A stretch of 56,425 nt of DNA, filler included, from Squatina squatina (lineage: Eukaryota): assembly GCA_031763465.1 (NCBI GenBank). It is 4 parts of 4 records of this genome, joined end to end, with 100 filler letters (N's around TTAATTAATTAA, not from the genome) between each part and the next. Parts side by side here need not be neighbours in the genome. Positions count along the whole stretch, not along the records: positions 44,224 to 56,425 come from JARFOE010000080.1; 3 more parts are not named here. The stretch is one strand, 5' to 3'. The position numbers were made by a program, and so were the translations under genes. Below are positions 51,105-56,425 of the stretch, piece after piece (within the stretch, counting starts at the first letter, position 1; every line of letters starts with the position of its first letter). The notes under the pieces were generated by a model that saw nothing but the letters and a program-made list of their open reading frames with translations, did no database searches and was not told the origin of the DNA.

Positions 51105-52814
51105 GTACAAAATTTTTTTTAAAACATTAATTTAGAAAATTTGAATACTGTTTTCAAAGAAATACAAGTCCAATAATGAGATAAGTTGACCATTTCATGT
51201 TATTTAATAGCACCTTTACATGAAAATTTTATTTTATCAAAATGCTGAGTATTTAAAAATGTACAAATTTATATTGTATACACAATTTACGGTTTTGCTA
51301 TATATAGTATAGCTAAACAAAGAATCATTTAAACGGGACAGCTCATCTTTTGCGAGAACAGTTTTATGAAAGGGATTGGAGAACTATTAGTTAACGTATT
51401 AGTCTTATTATTATAGAATTGTGCTAATGAGTTTTTTTGAATATTTGAATAATTATATAAATTGAATCATAGTTCACTTACAGCAACAATTTTTCAAAAA
51501 TGTATCTGCAATGTTCAAACTTGGACATTTTTTCCCTTTAACATGAGATGTGAAACGAGATACGGCTAACTTCCCGAAGGCACAACCCCAATTCTACCAC
51601 ATAAATCAATCTCAAGTCTCCCATCCATTTTATAAGCTTCTTTCATAGAACAAAAATTAAAAAAAATGTATACACACTCCAATAATGTAAGATGTTGATG
51701 TTTTTTTTCAACAGAATATTAGTTCAGGGTTCATTTACCATTTGTAAGTTGGTTACTATACACAAGAAAAAATAGAAAATAATGACATGCTCCTCGGATG
51801 GACATTGAAAAAAAATAATTGTGCACTATATGGAGTTGCTCTTTTAAATGAAAGGAAAACAACTTGTGTGTCTCATGAGGAGAGCTCACTTATCTCATAT
51901 CTAAAGTTCCTATTTTTAGCAATACACATTAGTTTGCAATCCTGTAACGCCCTCTATCAATCAATTTAACATAATTTTCATGTACACATGTACAATCACA
52001 CATTTGTCAATTATGGTGAAAGCAACAGGAAATTATGCTGAAAAAGGAGTTTTACATCCATTGAAACATTTCTAGTTTTAGTTAAATTATCAGAAACATC
52101 AACTGTTCAAAATGCTACAGCATTTGAGAAAATCAATTTCCAAAAGAAAAGCAGCTCTGGGCAGATCACATTGTTTTCTGTATTTAAGTTTTATACATTT
52201 ATTAGTTCTGATTTGCATAAAGTATCATGTATACGCATCATGTTATATTCTTCTACAGCTCAACTGGATAAAAAGGTGTTCACAGCGCTCCCTAAATAGG
52301 AAATGTAATTTATATTTTACATTCAAACCTCCAATTATAAATAAACCTTTGCCCTGGCTCATGCTAAAACTCAATTATAGTCAGGATTAGAGGAACTCTG
52401 ATTAGCAGGGCTATTTTGACAGACCTTACAGGTTTTCTGTTAAATAAAAGTCTTACTGTAAAATAATGACCATTGCAAAAAGTGACTAATTTTAGTATTT
52501 TATTGCGATGTAACTCAGAGCATTTTTATGTAGAAAGTAATAATAGACTGAAGCACTTATTACTTTCCATTCACTGTCCCCTATTAAACTGCCAAATTCA
52601 AGATGATAATAAAGGGATTCAATATCCTGTCTGTCATGTAGCTTTGTCTTGTGAACAGTACTGTTTCTTATTGCTAGTTAAAAATATAAAAAGACTAAAT
52701 CTAGCCACTTTGAAAACAATCAGGGTGCAAAAATATTTAAAGACTTCACAGTAAGTTTCAACAACCACGGCAGTATTTACTTTCACTTGCATGATGCACT
52801 GGTCAAGGAACACC
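51105..52814 (-). other. FAM76B: Probable FAM76B 3'UTR
   Basis: AT-rich, no obvious repeats, directly downstream of the FAM76B stop; ATTAAA and AATAAA-like signals on the minus strand near 51200-51235. The true end is unknown. Confidence 0.6.
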
Positions 52815-52904
52815 TCAAGGAGACAGCAGTACATTTCCAGTCTTCTCCATCTTTTTACCCTTGGACAATGCTGCAACTTGTTTTAGCAATTCTCGATTTT
52901 TGGC
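52815..52904 (-). CDS. FAM76B: FAM76B last coding exon
   Basis: tttttcaaag|AKNRELLKQVAALSKGKKMEKTGNVLLSP*; matches the FAM76B C-terminus. Confidence 0.92.
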   Translation of the reverse strand, partial: AKNRELLKQVAALSKGKKMEKTGNVLLSP

Positions 52905-54184
52905 CTTTGAAAAAATTGTAAATATACAATGACCAGTTTCAAAACACAACTATTGTTTTTAAGACCAAATTATCTGAAATGTGCATCACAAAAAAGGTTC
53001 AAAGCAGTTCTGAGTCACACTCAAAGGCCATCTCGTGTCTCTGCATTAATACATGCGGTAACTCACTATAACAGCCTAAATGGACTAAAAAGGTTCCCAT
53101 CCACACGATAGTGTGTACTGGATAATCAATGTAACTGGATTGGAGTTGTATGGTTAATAAAGGATAACACAGNNNNNNNNNNNNNNNNNNNNNNNNNNNN
53201 NNNNNNNNNNNNNNNNNNNNNNNNNNNNNNNNNNNNNNNNNNNNNNNNNNNNNNNNNNNNNNNNNNNNNNNNTTGTGGCAATGGTTTTAAATGCTGCTTG
53301 TGAAAGAGTAGCTTTTCACTTTTGTTATCAACGGATTTTAAAAGTGCTTTCACATGCTTTTTGAGCATTTCATTGTGTACACCTATCTATATACCTTATT
53401 AAAAATCTTTGAGGATGACCCAAGCTCCACTGTAACCCATGTAAAAATTTCCAATTGTAATTTTCATGTTATATCAACTGTAATTATTACAGAAATAGAA
53501 GGGTTTGTCGATATGGTGAGGTGAGATGAAGTAAAGAGTGTGAGGAGGCTTGTTTGGAGTATAAACACCAGTTGAATCTTGCATATTGTACACACTTCCT
53601 TTCAACAAACCATACCTCCTGTGTCATAATTTTGAGTCATACTTTTTAGGCCATGTTTAACATTAAAACTGCTTATGCCAATAAATAAACAAAGGAAGTG
53701 TGTGTGCAAACATTTATGTAAATTGTTGCTGCCTGTCATGAAAGCGCATTCTCTGGCCACTATGTGACACAGTGGCATGAATCCATCATCTCAATTTGAA
53801 AGAAGAGCGACAGCACCAGTGCGATGCAGTCATTCTAAAAACACCTTCCAACAATGAAATGTTGTTTAGAAGTATTTTATCTTGGTGCACATTTATTGAT
53901 ACAAACTCAACTAATCAAGTTTATAATTTAAAACAAGCTTGTTGCAGCAAAAACACTAAAGTATAGCCAGCTTTACAATAAATATGAAACTAAAATAGCT
54001 GCCGGATCAGGTGAATAGCATGCAGAGATTTAGACATTTCACACCAGGCATCAGCTGGACAATTGCAAGAAGCTATGTCGAAGCCATGTCAAATAAATCC
54101 TTAAGCTTCAGTGAGATTATTTTTATATAACTAAGTTGTGTAAAGTCAGGTTAGTGCAGACAAAATAAAAAACTGCAAATATTA

Positions 54185-54322
<138 letters not shown>

Positions 54323-54727
54323 CTAAAAGCAGAGAAACCTCAGTTTGTCCTACAAAATGTTTCATAGATATATGTTTTTACAATTTCCTTCCCTGAAGGA
54401 ACCAACTGGTACCTTGTCAAAGAAGGTATTCTTCACAAACGTGAGCACTAGTAATTATTTATAATACTAATCATCTTATATATTATAAACCCAATCCTAT
54501 TTCATCAGATATCGATATGCTTTCTTAACAAGAGACATTAGACAGCAATCAAACAGGAATTGTGGCTGATTTTCTCTCCCCTTACCAAGGGGTACAAGGG
54601 CCAAATGTAATATCCCAACTGCTGTCCGAGCAATGATCAGCTAACTCAGCAAAGACCAGGAATTGAACCCAGGACCTTCTGGTCTACATTTCCTGCCTTT
54701 ATAATGGACAGTACCTGTTACTGTTTA

Positions 54728-54931
<204 letters not shown>

Positions 54932-54942
54932 TTATTGTTAAG

Positions 54943-55330
54943 ATGTCAGCTTGGCTCAGTCTGTAACACACTCAACTGAATCAAGCCCTACTCCAGCACT
55001 TGAGCACACAATCGAGACCAATGCTTCAATATAGTAGTGAGAGACCATCACAGGTGCAACTTTCAGATGAGACATTAAACAGAGACTGCAACTGTCTGCT
55101 TCAGTGGATGTTAAAAAACCTATAACAATACTCAAAGCACAAAGTTTTCTCCTGGTGTACTGTCCACCATTCCTCCCTCAACCAACACTATCAACAAGTT
55201 AATTTCTCATTCTCATTGCTGCTTGTGGCACCAAAATGACTAAGTTTTGTCTATATAACAATGACTACATTTCAAAAAAATGAAACACTTTGGACATTTG
55301 AGACACATCATAATGCACTATACAAACACA
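54943..55330 (+). mobile_element. Old full-length SacSINE1-like copy in a FAM76B intron
   Basis: TGTCAGCTTGGCTCAGT head, CTTTCAGATGAGACATTAAAC, GTGGATGTTAAAA..TCTCCTGGTGT Deu-like core and tail; colinear with the reverse complement of 717-1156. Confidence 0.7.
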
Positions 55331-55333
55331 ACA

Positions 55334-56052
55334 GGCCAGAAATTCTGGTCCCTCCGGGTAGGTACGAGGTGCGCACTTGCTCGTAGGGACCCCGCAAGTT
55401 CCGGGTTTAGGGATGCATTGCGCATGCCCCTAAACTCGGAAGTTCGGATCGGTCAAGATTTCTCTTGACAGATCATCTGCTTCCATAACTAAAGGTCCCC
55501 GTGGGCGGAGTGTTGGGCTATTTGCCCTTTAATTTCTTATGACTGAAAAAGCAGGCGTACAGGCTTGCTTTTTCAGTTGTAAGACTTTTAAAACACAAAA
55601 AGATTCTCAAAAATTTAAACATTTAAAATCATGTAACATAAGGCAAGTGTATTTTTTTAAATCACCTTAAAGTATATAAATTTATTTTATGTTTCAAATA
55701 AGTAATTAAATTCTATTTTGATTAATTTTAAGTGTGTAATGTTTAAAAAACATTTTGTTTTTTAGTGCTTGCGCGGTTTTGGGTGAATCCCCATTCATAC
55801 TAATGCTGATTATGAATGAACGTAATCAGCATTAGTATGAATGGGGATACACTTACCTGGATTGGCTGGACCCGACCACGTGACCCTATCCACGCCTGCG
55901 ATCCGCACACGTAGGTAGGACGTGTGAATCTCTATGCCCAGGGATCTGTAGTGGCCCAGAAGAAGTCTACGAACCTACTGGGACCTAAGGTAAGTATGTA
56001 AAAATCTTTCCTGGGCCAATATATTCCTGCTTGGGCCTCAGGAATTGCACCC
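55334..56052. mobile_element. About 720-bp non-autonomous DNA element with multiple internal hairpins
   Basis: Ends GGCCAGAAATTCTGGTCCC and GGGCCTCAGGAATTGCACCC; internal inverted repeats at about 55347-55391, 55399-55441, 55535-55584 and 55787-55848. Confidence 0.65.
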
Positions 56053-56367
56053 AAAAATGTTCATATAACAGGAAGGTAGAACACCAGGAGCAAGTAATGC
56101 AGCTCATCTTTATATTAGATGACTTCCCATTGCTCATCGATAGTCTGGAGTACATTTGCAATGTTTTGCCTCCAATGTGTAATTGTGGATAACCCAGCCT
56201 GTCCCTTTACGGCCCCTGTTCAACTAGAGAATGTGCAAACTATCTAAATAGGCACATCTCAAGGTCAATTTGAGGCTAATTATTGAAAGACTGGCAGCCT
56301 TTTGTAAATCCCTGGTCCCTGGAGGACTACGCGATCAGAAAAATAAAACCAGAAGAAAATAATTATT

Positions 56368-56425
56368 GGGCCTTAATCTGTGGCCCCTACGGGCACGCAC
56401 GAGGTGCGTACACGCCCGTAGGGGC
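56368..56425. mobile_element. Start of a related element, cut by the window end
   Basis: GGCCCCTACGGGCACGCACGAGGTGCGTACACGCCCGTAGGGGC aligns to 55347-55391 (shared ACGAGGTGCG.AC loop). Confidence 0.65.

Overview
Eukaryotic (vertebrate) genomic DNA, most likely a cartilaginous fish, judged from its repeats (Deu-domain SacSINE1-like SINEs and CR1/L2 3' ends of a kind I associate with sharks). It is not one contiguous locus. About 40 short contigs are joined mostly by 100-N placeholder gaps. Three artificial N44-TTAATTAATTAA-N44 six-frame-stop linkers split the window into four apparently unrelated blocks. Block 1 (1-13419) has isolated exons of ELMO2 (2), SLC35C2, a BPI/LBP gene and GNAS (2), all human chr20q genes. 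Block 2 (13520-27794) has no recognised host gene but carries decayed PIF/Harbinger transposon genes. Block 3 (27895-44123) has an ASTN1 exon. Block 4 (44224-56425) has the last three coding exons and 3'UTR of FAM76B. The rest is intronic or intergenic DNA rich in SINE, LINE and MITE relics. Most ORF-track entries are spurious or run through Ns. I see no convincing novel multi-gene system. The most interesting items are a multi-hairpin non-autonomous DNA element family, an intron-containing Harbinger Myb/SANT gene relic, a possible Penelope-type hammerhead remnant and several unidentified candidate exons. All gene and repeat identities are from recall, not database searches.
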